This document shows positions 12,006-26,398 of a stretch of 64,000 bases of DNA, piece after piece (positions within the stretch are counted from its first letter, which is position 1; each line of letters starts with the position of its first letter). The DNA comes from Phoronis australis. Its lineage: Eukaryota > Animalia > Phoronida. The position numbers and the translations under genes are program-made. The notes under the pieces are model-generated. The model saw nothing but the letters and a program-made list of their open reading frames with translations, ran no database searches and was not told the origin of the DNA. Where the stretch lies: positions 307,765 through 371,764 of the forward strand of contig NMRA01000254.1 in the NCBI GenBank assembly GCA_002633005.1. The letters are read 5' to 3'.

Positions 12006-13883
12006 AGGCGAAGGCAACCTTTTTTCATGTCATTTTGAGCTAAAATAAGGTTGGTTGGTTATCCTAGACATATTTTCCACTTAATCACAGCTTTTTGTAA
12101 TTTTGTTAATTACTCGTCCGCTACTCCGGAAGTGACGTTTTAGGAGGCAAGCATTTCGCGCTAATTTCTTTTCATATAGTCTGACTGTGAGAGCTGCCGA
12201 GTCAGTCATTGTTTTACCTCGGTTGTGTTAAGTTACGTCGTCGTTTGCTTTCATTTACTAGTCAGTCAACATGCCACACTGTTGCTGCGTACCGGGATGT
12301 ACTAATTATCGTCTCACGCGCTTTGGGAGTACCTTAGCATCGCTTTCCGATGGATTACACACTTCGTCGTACTTGTCTCGTTCGTGTGAAGAACGCAGCG
12401 TTACCCGTCCACGCAACGTACAAAGCAGTCGAGAATTACCGTGTGTGTGGCATGCACTTTCTGCAGTCCGATTAAGAAAGGGATTTGTACGCTGAACTGA
12501 TGAAGGTCCCTGCGAAACAACGCCTGAAGAAGGATGCCATTCCGTGTGTGTTGATTCCCGGCAATGCCCCGTCGCCACCCCCGAGAAGTGCGTTTTTGAA
12601 GAGAGAAGCCTCGCGAGCTGTGGCCAGTACAGTGACTGGAGCCAGTGGAGGCACTTCATCCACTGTCACCCGTGCCTCCGAAACGTACCCAGAGCGTGCC
12701 ATTCCTGGAACCAGTAGTGATTCGCCCTGTGCTGTTTTCTCCAGCCCAGGGCCTCTAGTAAGCAGCCCTGCAGCGATATTGAGTAGTGGGAGTGATTGCA
12801 GGCCCAGTTCGACACCCAGTGAAGAGGACAATTCGTCGTTCAGTGAACAGATCGGTGAGCCAAACTTTGATAAGTTTATTGTGGACTTGTCTATTCAGAA
12901 GGTGCCAGGTGTGTGGCGAGGGAGTCACACGACACGATGTAAGCAGTTTGGGTGCTCANNNNNNNNNNNNNNNNNNNNNNNNNNNNNNNNNNNNNNNNNN
13001 NNNNNNNNNNNNNNNNNNNNNNNNNNNNNNNNNNNNNNNNNNNNNNNNNNNNNNNNNNNNNNNNNNNNNNNNNNNNNNNNNNNNNNNNNNNNNNNNNNNN
13101 NNNNNNNNNNNNNNNNNNNNNNNNNNNNNNNNNNNNNNNNNNNNNNNNNNNNNNNNNNNNNNNNNNNNNNNNNNNNNNNNNNNNNNNNNNNNNNNNNNNN
13201 NNNNNNNNNNNNNNNNNNNNNNNNNNNNNNNNNNNNNNNNNNNNNNNNNNNNNNNNNNNNNNNNNNNNNNNNNNNNNNNNNNNNNNNNNNNNNNNNNNNN
13301 NNNNNNNNNNNNNNNNNNNNNNNNNNNNNNNNNNNNNNNNNNNNNNNNNNNNNNNNNNNNNNNNNNNNNNNNNNNNNNNNNNNNNNNNNNNNNNNNNNNN
13401 NNNNNNNNNNNNNNNNNNNNNNNNNNNNNNNNNNNNNNNNNNNNNNNNNNNNNNNNNNNNNNNNNNNNNNNNNNNNNNNNNNNNNNNNNNNNNNNNNNNN
13501 NNNNNNNNNNNNNNNNNNNNNNNNNNNNNNNNNNNNNNNNNNNNNNNNNNNNNNNNNNNNNNNNNNNNNNNNNNNNNNNNNNNNNNNNNNNNNNNNNNNN
13601 NAGCAACAGTGTGGCATGTTGACTGACTAGTAAATGAAAGCAAACGACGACGTAACTTAACACAACCGAGGTAGAACAATGACTGACTCTTGGCAGCTCT
13701 CACAGTCAGACTATATGAAAAGAAATTGGCGAGAAATGCTTGCCTCCTAAAACGTCACTTCCGGAGTAGCGGACGAGTAATTAATAAAATTACGAAAAGC
13801 TGTAATTAAGTGGAAAATATGTCTAGGATAACCAACCAACCTTATTTTAGCTCAAAATGACATGAAAAAAGTTGCCTTCGCCT
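12006..13883 (+). mobile_element. Kolobok DNA transposon, non-autonomous copy 1 (THAP-transposase 5' remnant; spans an N gap)
   Basis: TTAA at 12002-12005 and 13884-13887; termini AGGCGAAGGCAAC...GTTGCCTTCGCCT; frameshifted THAP (MPHCCCVPGC...HF...RLKKDAIP) followed by a KFIVDL...CQVCG segment. Confidence 0.85.
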
Positions 13884-16149
13884 TTAAAAACAGTAAGGAG
13901 ACGTAAATTTGCCAAAAATAGATTGTTCAAAGCATGTAATTGTTGTTGAGTATTTTAAATGTTAAAACGTTTTAAGAAATCATAAATTCTCAGTGTTGTA
14001 TTTACAGAGACATGGAAGTAAATAAAGTATCTTATGTTACACGCAATCATCATAATTTGTGCCCGCAGCCATGGCTGATAAATTCAACCGCATGTACAAA
14101 ATTATTTGAATAGCACTCTTTTGACCTGACCACGTGACTCAAAACTTGACTGCTGATTGGACGTGCTATTGAAAGTATGAAACATGTACAGTACGTAGTC
14201 TTTGAGATTTTTCGTCAGCAAATGATCTCAACAAAAGTAACGGCCCATGGTTCAATTTTTGAGAATTATTAATGTAGCGTTTTATCTCGCGTACACTGGG
14301 GTTGCTCACAATGCGAACCACATTGATCCTTCAATTAAAAAGTTCGACATCAAGAACTTTTCAGGAAACCGGACCGAAGTTTGTCGTACTGGATGAAAGT
14401 GAATTAACAAATCATGTCTTGTCTTTTTAAAAGGAAATACTAGCGAACCAGATAAAAGATTAACCTGGATGCACCATTTTCAACATAGTTGGAGGTATAC
14501 GCTTTTAGTTTAAAAGCACTGCGAGTTGCACGTGTCTCGCAAGTTCTCAGAACTTGGCCCGTTTCTTGCGAAAAATCGAGATCACGTAAGAGCACACAAA
14601 ACAAGCGTATGAAAAGTGTTTCGCGAGAAAGCTTGAATCTCGCATGCACTCTGGGCAAAATGCCGCGAGACTTGAATATTCGGGGAAAAATCCTTGATCC
14701 ATTTCGTAAATTTTTTTCGCTGTAAGTGTCTTGCGTTAGGGCCCGCATCCTCGGCACGCATGGAACACGCTTAATTTGCCCCAAATTTTCCAAATTAAAA
14801 CGTTACCTTTTAGCTAGGATGCCCAATGAGGCGTGTGCTTTTTATCATAAAATTATCCTTCCAGGTAGTCCATTTGCAATGTTTTCGCATTTTCAAGAAT
14901 CAATTCTGACATAGTTACATCAACTTCATTCAAAAACTCACTGATACTTCGTCGGCGAGGAGACAAAACCATGGGAACCTGATGGGTGTCACGTACATTG
15001 TAGGCTGGGACAGTTGAGTAGAACTAATTTGCACACAACATGTGGTAAAGGCGCTCACATCAGCGACATAAAAAGAGCATTGACGTTTTAAGTATAGAGA
15101 ATATGAAGTGTGTGCATCGTAGAGCGTATATTTGTGTAGCCTTGGTACAAAGCTGTATACTAAACATACAGCTTTGCACCGATGTGTGTAAAAAACTGGT
15201 GAGATAAAATCTGACACAAAAATATTGCGTCATCTATTGGCCAGTTTCTTTTTTCGCCGATTTTTCAATCAACTGTTCTTCTTTCACGAGCTCGCGTACA
15301 CATCACAACAAATTATTTATTGGAGCTGGTTTCTCTTCATTATAAGTTTTTAGAATTTCGATACCGCAAAACCGAATTTCAGAACAAATTTGCTGTTGCG
15401 AAGTTGTCGCAAAAATTAGGAAATGGCGCATGCGCGTGACATGAGCGTACTGTTTTAAAAACGACGACATACTTTTCATTGTTAGATAACGTAGAAAATA
15501 AATCTGAAATTAAATAAGGCGATCCAGATCCTCAAGGATACTGTTGTTTCACGAAATGTAGAATATATATAGGTAAATACCTATATATATTTTACAATCC
15601 GAGATGTACGCTAACTGTGTGTGTATGATAAGCATAGCGTTTACATTTGGCTTCCAGAAATACTACTAAAGTGATTTTTGGAGACCAATATCCTCGTCTA
15701 CTTGAAATGTTGCTTTCGATAAACAGTATCCCCAATACTTTGCGTTGACCATTATGGTGTTTCACGCTTTGTATACTTGTAAGGTCAATTGTTTGTTATG
15801 GATTTCTACACCTTAAGCGGGTATTTTAATCGAGATTTCTATACTTCAGGTTGTATTTTTTGTGACAACCACGTGAACAGAACAGAAAACAATTTTTTGA
15901 TAATAGGTGGAACATCGCAAAATTCTTTGAAAACTTTTGAATACCGAAACCAATCAAGTCAGTGCTGTACGCGTGAGAACGACAATCTTCTGCACCATGG
16001 ACTGTATTTTAGGCTGAAATGAACTGCACTCAGCTCAAAGCTTCACTCTGCCGACGGATGGCAAACACTGGCATTTGTTTACTTTCATAAACCAATCAGG
16101 CGTCTTTGCCGATTGACCCACGCATAACACTTGCGGAGTTAAATCGTTA

Positions 16150-18700
16150 CTTATGGAATAATTACTCTGCACGTGCAAGCGCAGAGTACTGTTGTTCCTG
16201 GGTTTTCTTCAATTTTATTCTTATTCTTCTTATTCTTCTTATTCTTCTTATTCTTCTTCTTCCGACCAACTTTGAGGCTTAATAACTCCAAATTGGATGC
16301 AGGTACGGTCTTTAAATTCAGCATATGACTTTTGACAGTATATAAATTTTGATTGGTTATATAATCATATTCCATATTGCACCGGAAGAGGTCGTATGGT
16401 GCAAAGGTCATATAATTTTCAAAATGCTACTCCTCCTTCAGTTTTAAAGCTATCTTTTTCAAATTCGGTGCACAGGTATAAGTCAACATGACAATTTAAA
16501 AAATTTCTTTTCTAAGAAATCGAGTCATCCAATCAGGTGAAATAGGCCAAAGGTCATTAGGTGCAAACTAAAATTTTGAGCTAGACACTTCAAATTGACA
16601 GGTCTGATTGCCACAGGTAAATCAAATCGGAATCCAAAGTTTCAGGTCATTTAGTGCAAACATGGGGTCATTAGGTGCATTTTACTTCTGAAAATTTGAC
16701 CTTTTCAATCAGCAAGTATTCTGATGTGTCAACCGTTAGACAACTGTGATTCTCAGCGTTAAACACATTTTCCATGGGCTTTGCAATAATTCTCCTGAAG
16801 ATGCTTAAAATGCACCGGATAAGGTTAATTAGTGCAAAGGTCATGTAACGTTCAAAATGTTATATCTCTTACGTTTTTCAAGGAATTCTTTTCAATTTCA
16901 GCACACTGGTGTAAGTCAACATGCCAATTAAATACACTACTTTACTTCGCAATATGCCTAACCAATCAGAAAAAATAGGTCAAAGGTTATTGAGTGCAAA
17001 CTAAAATTTTGAGCTAGGGACTTCAGAATTACGTATCTGTTTACTAAGTGCGATTGAGTATGATTTCTAAATTTTCAGGTCATTTGGTGCACCAATGGGG
17101 TCATTAGGTTTTTTTCTTCGTAAGATATCGTAATGTATTTCAAGCGAAGCACATGATATTACCAGCAGCTTTTCTTGCGCCCTGATTGCAGTGCAATCAA
17201 AGAACACAAGTCGTCATTTACCTATTGTGTTGTTTATTGCTTATTTGACGTGCATTTCTTTAATCTTAATTTACTTTTAAATCAAATTAGTAAATTCATT
17301 TTTTTTAAATCATTTCATTTCTAAATACACTAATATTTACAAACAATAAGATCTTTGCAAATGAAACACAGGCACGCACACACGCTCACACACATATCTA
17401 AATTACAGAAATTCACGGTTGGTCTAAAATAAATAGGCATTGATGGTTTCCCAGAAGGCAGTTTTGCGGGGTTGTATATTCCTTACTTTACAGTAATTAT
17501 ACAAGAAACATTGAAATTGTGAATATTTAGGAATAATCTGGCTTCTAGAACATTTATGGATGAAATACTGGCAAATAGTTAATATGGTATTGATATCTTC
17601 AAAATTACATCCAAAATATGCTGTCAGAATAGCATTTCTATCCAAGACTAAATCGTGTTGTGCAGTTACGTAAATTAAAAGTTTCTGAATTTCACACCAC
17701 AAAGTTTTCACAGAACCACATTCCACAAACATATGGTTAAAAGTCTCAACAGTTCCACAAGATGGACACTTGTCATCACTGACTAAGTTCATCTTTTTCA
17801 AAATAAGTTTTGTAAACAGTTTTCTATGAATATAGAAGTACTTAAAGGTTTTAACATAAGGAGGTAACAAGAGTTTGTGTGGAAGAACATAAATTTGTTT
17901 AATTCGTTGTCTAGAGTAAATGTCAGTTAAGCTGTACTCTATATCAGGAGGAAAAACAATTTTGGAAAGCAAAATATTTCTAGAAAACAAATTAGTAATT
18001 TGGCTTGACTGGGGATGTATGCATTTTGAAATTGAAAGATCAGCTTTCAACTTAATCGCACGTCTCAAAGCAGCATAATGAATCCAATTTGAAAGCTTGT
18101 ATCTATTTTTCAAAACCTCCCAAGACAGAAATTTATTAACAAAGTTCAAAAGATCCTTCACAAAAGTAATACCAGCATCAAAGAAACTATTAAAGAATAC
18201 AGACCTCCTATTAATCAATATGTTTTTATTATTCCAAACTACTTGGTTTACAATTGTTATGTCCTTATGTAACTGAGCACCAATTTCTTCCCAAGCAATC
18301 AAGATGTCAAGATAGAAGGTATCAATATTTGCAAGAGACAGCAATTTACAATCATAATTTGATTTAAAAACCAAAAAACCTCCATATGTTTTAAAAATAT
18401 ACCAAGGAAACACTTTGGGGACATTAGGTGCATTTTTCTTCTGAAAGTTTGACCACTTCATTCATCTTGTATTCTGAAGTGCTTAAAGTAAAACATGTGT
18501 GATTATTAGCATTAACCACACTTTTAATCGAGTTAACAATTACTCGCTCATCGGGGCTCATAATGCACCGGAAAAGGTCAATTAGTGGAAAGGTCATCAA
18601 AAAATTAATATGTAATTTCTCTTAAGATTTTAAAGAATTCCTTTTCATATTGGTAAACGGGTTGCTGTCAGTAACTTCCCATAATAATTCCAGTAATACG
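16150..18700. repeat. Composite repeat: (TTATTC/TTC)n microsatellite (16216-16262) plus about three diverged 433-bp units, interrupted by a LINE; possibly a non-autonomous rolling-circle-type element
   Basis: tgcaccgga...gtgcaaaggtca recurs at 16378, 16811 and 18564 (433-bp period once the 1320-bp LINE insertion is removed). Element class and outer boundaries are uncertain. Confidence 0.55.
17109..18416 (-). mobile_element. 5'-truncated Tx1/L1-clade non-LTR retrotransposon (ORF2 C-terminal zinc-binding region plus 3' UTR)
   Basis: ORF 17424-18461 contains VVWNNKNI and CPSCGTVETFNHMFVECGSVKTLW (RT-associated zinc-binding motif); short poly-T at 17109; flanking repeat ggggtcattagg / ggggacattagg (17097-17108, 18417-18428). 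Confidence 0.85.
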
Positions 18701-19936
18701 CAAGCGCAGAGTCCGTTATTGTCACGCCGTGACCAAAATCTTTCAACTTATATCTTGCAATTCAACATTCAAACCTCACCGGCCATCAGTTCAATGACCG
18801 CCATTTTATTAATAGTGCTGTTTTTCGTTAAAAATCGATAGTGTTCCACTTGGTTATCTCGAACAAAAACACGAACAATTTAAATGAACCTCAGAGTCAG
18901 ACCGAGGATGCGCAACCTACAGTTTTTTTGTAACATAGCACGTGCTAACAACTTGCAAATCGCCTGGTCCTCGTGGATCTTATCTTATGGTTTTTACCGT
19001 CTTATATATGACATCTCATCGTTCAAACATACCATAATGAAACTTTCTGGAAATGTACGGTACGTAATTGTTACTAAGGATGAATAGCAACAGTCATTTT
19101 CGACTCCTTTTTACCTCATTTTGCACTTCTATGTACGCTCTGTTTCACTGGAAAAACTCACTCGATGTAACAAAACATATTTTGCTGTTATTTCGAATAG
19201 TGTCACCTAAATGAAAATTGGCAAAGAGACTAAATGTTTACAAGCGATATAGGACTACTAATTGGGCTAACAAAAATGTGAACCCATGCAACTTAACTTT
19301 TCCTGAAGCACGCATTTTTAAGTCGTGATTTCTTGACGATTTGTATTGAAATTTAGGGATTTTCAGTACTGTTTAATGTAGAGCTCCACTTTAAATTTGT
19401 ATCTTTTTCCAGAACAGAAACTTGCCAGTCGTCTGCTTCTTCTGCCACTTCAATTTGTTTTTAACCGTGTTCAAAATACGAGATTTTGCGCACGCCCGAT
19501 CCTGTAAACAAGGTGGCACGCACGCCGTTCCAGCTTTTTCCGTCTTAGGCGGAAGGGAAATCATTGTAACGTTGGATACTTGTTCATTCAACGAAATTCA
19601 TGAGGGTATCGATCGTGGCTACGCAGCGTAACTTGTAGGGTTGGTGCAGTATATTTAGTAAACAGCTTTGCACCAAGGCTAGCTGGCTGGCTACCTGGCT
19701 TTCACAACATGTATTAATTAACAGTATCAATCATACATCAATAACTTGGAGCGCTACAATGACAGGCGTACATTTGAAGAAGCATGTCCGACTCGGATAG
19801 TTGGTCAAAAGGTTGCTACTATATATTTCCCAGAATGATTATCACAAAACGTTTTCCTTGACAACATACATACACTGTAGGTTCAATATCTTGGAGCGCA
19901 TTTGAAATGTCAGTGTGACAGTAATGACGTGACAAT

Positions 19937-22900
19937 GGGGCTATTCGGAGAATTCTCCTCGCGGTGTCGCTGCTGTACTAGTGGTGATTGAATTGCGCAT
20001 GCGTTGCTGTCTGCATGTAAACAACTGGCAAAAGATGGAATTGTTATCAAAATACGTCGTCGCGCTAAGCCTTATTACTGCTAATTTCCTTGCTGCAAGT
20101 CTTCGACAGGTGGCCACAAATTCCCAAAAGATCTAAAGGTTACTATATTCGTGGACAATTGCGGTTAAAAGGGTCAACTAACTGACAAAAAGTGTGTGAA
20201 TGCTGAAGCCCCGTATGTGCTCTATGACTATGCAGTAGCGTTCCATTCGGAGACTACACAACTTTACTTAGTAAGTTCTTAGCAGTCAGTTTCTACTCTA
20301 ACATCGTTCGGTGATGTTATCCCCACCAGTTACCCCACTGAATAACATGTTTATTGAGTGGAACTAAGTGTTTCTTTTAGGAAACTCACCGGGACTCGGA
20401 TGCCGGGTAGGCTAGCAGCACATATTCATATTGTCCGGGGTGGGAGTGCTCCCAAAATAAGAGGTGTGTGGAACGTGATGCACAGAAGTCAAGGGTGACT
20501 TTTTCACAGCAGTTTCTCTTCAAAACTATGCTGTTTCTAATAAAATTCTATAGATGAGTGAGTTTCCTTATTTTATCGCGGACCCCACCCCCAGGACTAC
20601 CAGATCAGTTATCAATTAACATGAATAAGCCTTAATTCAGTAAATGTAATAACATTGCATTGGAAAAAAATTGACACCTAGAATGAGTTTTACTTGTTGA
20701 TAAATACACATTGTAACATCACTTTTAGTCCGTTTCACATATTTTAATTCAGATATTAAATGAGACTTGGGTACAAAGGTTATTAGTTTCTACATATAAA
20801 CATGAAGATGAAACGTCAAGTTTGTTCTGCCTTACAAAAGTAGTTTTGTCTTGTCTTATCTTTTGCAATTTGCTAATATTTCTCCGACTATTCTGTCACA
20901 GGTGAGAGAAAACAGCTGAAACCAACCGCCCGACCGTCCATTTTACCTTTGGACAATAACCTGAGAGAATTGAACGTAATTCAGAAAGTCAGCACTTGAT
21001 ATGCCTGATCATGGACTCCGTCGCAATGTTGTTTCTTTCTGTGCTTTTTCAGTGTGCCATTTGTTTTTAAATACACTGATAATTGTTTATTCTCGAATCT
21101 TGTGCATAACAGATTCTTATCCAGCTACCTATAATTGAAAACATACTTTTCTTGCATAAGGAACTTGTGTTCATAGACAAGCTAACACAAACCTTAAAAT
21201 TGTTCAAAGGCCTTCTTAAGAAAGCTCTAAAAATAATTACACACACAAAAAAATCAAATGCAAAGGTCAACGGGAAAATGACAATTCGCAAGCGTATTCG
21301 ATATTCTCTTCAGCTTTATCAAGAATAAGCACAAGTGCACTGCATGGGACTTTAATATTGTGGTTTCAATACATGGTGACAAACTTGCCTGTTGATTAAA
21401 AATTTATTCAATCATCAAAGTGTAACATTAACGGGCTTTCTACTGACAATAAGACAATCGATGCAGTCACTGAATGTCATTTCCCCATAATGTGTACCAA
21501 ATTGAAAAGATTTTACCATTAGTATAAGCCTTTCTTCTGAAAGGAAAACTTAATGTCACTCAGCTTTTGGCTTTCATTTCACTGGGATCTAGTTCCAATG
21601 GCCTATAGAAGCGCTTGTAAAAAAGGTCCAGTTTCGACACGTGGCTTTCTTTCATGTAACCTCATTCAGCCTCAATAACATTCACAATTAGACCCTTGAA
21701 GGTAAACACAGCAGAATATCACTTGAATCGTTTTGAGCCCAAAATCAGACCCTGAACTAGACCAGAGTGTCACTAGGTCTTCTTTAGTTTCAGTCCCTCA
21801 TGTTTCTTCCAGGAGAGGAAATAAGCTATTGTCCGCACATGACTCATTGCCTATGAAATGGCATCCTCGCCAACAAGGCTTACTTGTGTAGCAGTCAGAT
21901 ATAGTTCCTCCGAATACACAGACAGTCCACAGGCACATTGTTTTATGGTAACTTAGTACTGTAATTCACATTTCTGCAGGGCCACTGATAGGTCTACAGT
22001 TTCACATAAAATTAAATAATTACTATTTTCAGAAACCAAGGGTGTATATAATAAGTATTGCATAAAACTGTCTTTATTTTTTATTCGTAGCCATAACAAT
22101 TCTTTAAACACATCACCTGTCTGCAAAATATACAAGTTTTTTGAGACAACTTTGTTACCCATTTTCAAGCCTGTTTAATTTTGATACTTTCAGCAATTTT
22201 AAACTCCGATTACAGATTCATGGGTCTGTCAAGCATACTTCTAGTCTAAGGTTGAGGGAACCGTTTCTCACACTTTTAATTTTTCTTCTAACAGAAGATA
22301 TGAAGACTTGGGTCATTTAAAAATGATGGATAATCTTTCTGTTGTTTAAGACTAATAACAAATCCTAAGACACCATCAAAAATGCAATTTTCACAAAAAT
22401 GGCAGTCATTTGAATTTATAACGACTTGCAACATTCCAAGGCATGAGTGAAGACTATTCTGTCACTGTGAATTCAGAAAATGTAAGATATTTTCATGGGT
22501 TTACAATTGATAGCAAAACAGTTTCATAAAATAAAGTTGTTGGGACTTCATGAAGGTTAAGAATTACCTCACCATGCGCTTTCCCCCAAACATGTATTAC
22601 CTGTTATTTCAAAACAATCAGTTGTACCAAATATTACAACCACAACCCCCAATGCCAATCCCCCGCTAAGGATCTGAATAAGTAAATTAACAAAATGTCT
22701 TACATACCTTTCTTTAAAAATAGCTGTTCCTTTTCAAAGGCTTTGTTCGTTGTCTCCAATATTGAAAGTACATGTGGGCTTTGACAACAGATCTGCACTG
22801 GATGGGAAGATCTTGTTGGTTAGCTGCAGTCAAATGCTTAAAACCAATGTTTGTCGATTCATGGACGGTGCAGAAGCGTTGCATATCTCCTCTGCACGGT

Positions 22901-23535
22901 TCAGGCCCTCAAACCTAAAAAACAAAGGTTGCGCGAAAACAGACGTGATGAATTTCCATTTCAACGTGTAATGTTTTTTAGAAGAGATATGATAGGGAGT
23001 AAACAAATAATCTAATGCAATGTATATTTGTCATATGCCCTTTGCCATTGGGCTTGGATTGTAATCTTAACTCATTAACCTGTATCGAGTTGACAGCATA
23101 AACATTCAGCATTGATTGATTTAACTGTCACTGATAAACTGTTAGAAATCATTCCAAACAATAATAATGCTTTGATGTACGAAAAGATCCCGATTGCTAC
23201 GTCAAGTGTCGTAACACATATCAAGACGACAAACAAAGATTAGCCCGACTGGCGACTGCCGCGAAGTCGACATTGGCGAGTACAGTACCTCAGTTAACAG
23301 GCATCAGTAGAATAATCATGGAATAATCGTTAAAATAATCACAAGCCTTACCTTTTTATAAGGTCCTGCTTACTTCCTCTCATAGACGCACCCTTTTCAC
23401 GCAATCTCAGATTCAGTTGGCACGGCTGCAAGCTATTTCGCCATGTATTTAAAGGGCTCGCGAAATCGAGGCTGTTAATCTATCACCACTAGTACACGCG
23501 CGCCCTATAGTTATTGTAGATTTCCGATTAGCCCC
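19937..23535. mobile_element. Decayed ISL2EU-like (Harbinger-related) DNA transposon with THAP and YqaJ remnants
   Basis: TIRs ggggctattcgga...tccgattagcccc with AT on both flanks; + strand THAP relic (CxFPCC...HKFPKD...W..AVKR; LKPTARPSI); - strand YqaJ-like relic near 21630-21950 (CGLSV...YL; LKLKK...VQG...VFTFKG). Confidence 0.65.
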
Positions 23536-24102
23536 ATTTGCAAGAGGTCGACCACTTTTTCACAGAGCTTGCACCGGGATCATTCATTTAGTATCCGTAG
23601 TGTTGGTTAACACTCGACACAACTATGCCCTGTTCCGGAAGTGATGTTTAGAGGGTTTGAATTTCCAGCCATTTTGTTTTCACATAGTGGATGTGAATAA
23701 TGATATGCAAAACTTAATGCCCAAATAATCCCTCATTAATAGCGTAATGGAATGGATTTTGCATCAAGCGCTGTGTCGCCATTCATTCCATACTTTAGAG
23801 ATATCTGCCTTTTTCTGTCGCGTCCCCATAGAGTTCAGTGTAAAAATCGACTTATTTACCTCGTATTCCACGCTCTCCTTCTCATAATACAGTGGCGGAC
23901 TTAGGGGGCGGGGCAAGGGGGCGCCTAAAATTCTCCCATATATCATTTGGCAGTTCGGGGGTACGAATGTCTGAAGGCAAAATCCTGGCTAATACTCTGC
24001 CCAGCCCCTTCTAACTCCAGATCCTGGATCCGTCCCTGTAATCCGTATGGCTTGCCCAGATGACATCGTGCACTGTACCCCAAAATTAACCTGTTGTTTC
24101 AG

Positions 24103-24162
24103 TGTTGTTCGGATTTTCTTTTTGTATTTGGACAAAACACGTCGATGGATGGTCTCCCTATG
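24103..24162 (+). CDS. Mosaic receptor: probable signal-peptide exon (xLFGFSFCIWTKHVDGWSPY)
   Basis: tttcag acceptor, gtaagt donor, 60 nt, phase 1-1, in frame with the lectin exon; hydrophobic stretch ending VDG. The start-codon exon was not identified. Confidence 0.6.
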
Positions 24163-24383
24163 GTAAGTATTCACTTAGCAGACACAGTGCAATATACATA
24201 CGTGTATGTAGGAAAGTATTCTATGGATCATTGCCAAGGATTTTCAATGCAAAACGTGAAATTAATGCAGTTTACATGCTAAGAATTGTACAACAACACT
24301 TGGCTTACTTCAAAATCTAACTGCTTCCTGGTGGTTTGTAATTGGCCCAATTATTTTGCACACCCAGCAGATGCCAACATTAA

Positions 24384-25398
24384 AGGCGAAGGCAACCTTT
24401 TTCCATGTCATTTTGAGCTAAAATAAGGTCGGTTATCCTAGACATATTTTCTACTTAATTACAGCTTTTCGTAATTTTGTTAATTACTCGTCCGCTACTC
24501 CGGAAGTGACGTTTTAGGAGGCAAGCATTTCGCGCCAATTTCTTTTCATACAGTCTGACTGTGAGAGCTGCCGAGTCAGTCATTGTTCTACCTCGGTTGT
24601 GTTAAGTTCCGTTGTCGTTTGCTTTCATTTACTAGTGAGTCAACATGCCACACTGTTGCTGCGTACCAGGATGTACTAATTATCGGCTCACGCGCGCTTT
24701 GGGAGTACCTTTGCATCGCTTTCCGATGGATGACACACTTCGCCGTACTTGGCTCGTTCGTGTGAAGAACGTAGCGTTACCCGTCCACGCAACGTNACAA
24801 GCATTCCATTGAGGTAGGCATAACAACGCACACAGCGCATTTGCACCAAGATGTGTCACCACGTCTGTCCTAAGTAGCCGCCTCGTTTCTCTCAACAGAT
24901 GCCTGTGCCTGTGCGTATTCTGCCTCGTTATACTCGGGCTCAAACATGTACCCACCCACTGAATGTCCGTGAAAAAATTCCTCGTCACCACTGCTGTGAA
25001 CAAGGTCTCCGTTACTTACACTACTGTCACTGTAATACGGGTCACCGACTCCAGCCATTTTCAACTTACAACACACTAAACAATCCCTAAATCCAACGTA
25101 CATGTAGTTGAGTTCTCTACTAACCTATCTTGCCGCAGAATACTCGCCGATGGGAAGTGATGGCGACAATTGTTGAAAAACAGCACAAAACAAAAGTAGA
25201 ATAAAACAGATTCGCACGGTGAAGTGAACGCAAAACCAAGTGGCGGGAAACGCTTGCCTCCTAAAACGTCACTTCCGGAGTAGCGGACGAGTAATTTATA
25301 AAAATATGAAAAGCTGTAATTAAGTGGAAAATATGTCTAGGATAACCAACCAACCTTATTTTAGCTCAAAATGACATGGAAAAAGGTTGCCTTCGCCT
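24384..25398 (+). mobile_element. Kolobok copy 2 (THAP 5' end plus convergent KolX 5' end)
   Basis: TTAA flanks at 24380-24383 and 25399-25402; same TIRs as copy 1; - strand KolX relic GYMFEPEY...(stop)DRRGDTSWCKCAVCVVMPTSMECL. Confidence 0.88.
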
Positions 25399-26398
25399 TT
25401 AAATGAACGTTTTAGTTTGTAAATTCACGTTTCTTGTCCAATTTTCAAAATTCAAAAGCCTAGTCACGTGTACTTTTCACGAACTATTCAAATATGCTAT
25501 TTACAAACTTTCAACGACGAAATTTAAAAATACTGTTGTCGCCCCAGTGTGCTTGTGATGGGTCTGTCTATCTCAAAAGCAATAACATCAGTAGCCTGAT
25601 TCGATGTATTTGTCAACAACAGCATGGCGCCTTTGATCAATGCCGGCAGATTCCGGGGTACGCAAAGCGGTCCAGTTGCCCAATATCGTCCTGTTAGGGT
25701 GTCAAAGTAGATTCTATTCATGGGCAAGACCCGGGGTGCGTTCCGTAAATGCGAGAGTTTCAAGAAAACGCAAGAACACGCGGGAATTCGCGAGATCTAG
25801 CCACGTATTACACGTGAAACTCGTGATTAAACTAGATTCCCCATAAAATGCTCAAAAATGTTTCTGGGCTATATCTTGAGCTGGTTTTTCAATCACAAAA
25901 ATATGTTACCTGTTAAACACTTTCAACCAGGCGTGAGAAGGATCTAATAAGCAATAACCCGGTTTCACATTTAGTACTTGCGCTGTTCAAATCCATGAAC
26001 GTTTTCTAGAATTTCATGATGGCGGCAGGCTTTCGGCATAACTTTCTCATTTGTTCAGTAACGCAAGTGCTCCTGTGTCCTGAGGTACTTGTGGCAAGCA
26101 TCCCAGACAAAGGCCACGCCACAAAAAACACGCGAATTAACATTTTGTTTTCCCACATTTCAACATTCCGAGTTGGCTGTCCAATCACTTTGTTTCAGAG
26201 GCAGCCATATTGATTCGATTTTAATGCAACATACTGATACTTGCGAAACCCTAGCAAGACCTTACCTCCCACTTATTTGCGTGATAGTTGCGTGTTTTTA
26301 AATTTTCAATAAACTGGCACGACGGAACCCATGGCGAACTTTTTCCCATTGGAAGCGCTTGCACGAGATTAGTGTGGTTTGTATCGTTTGCTTCGAAG

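Noticed and set aside
12786-13703. Long ORFs in the track crossing N runs (also 40601-41005)
   Set aside because: They are open only because of assembly gaps.
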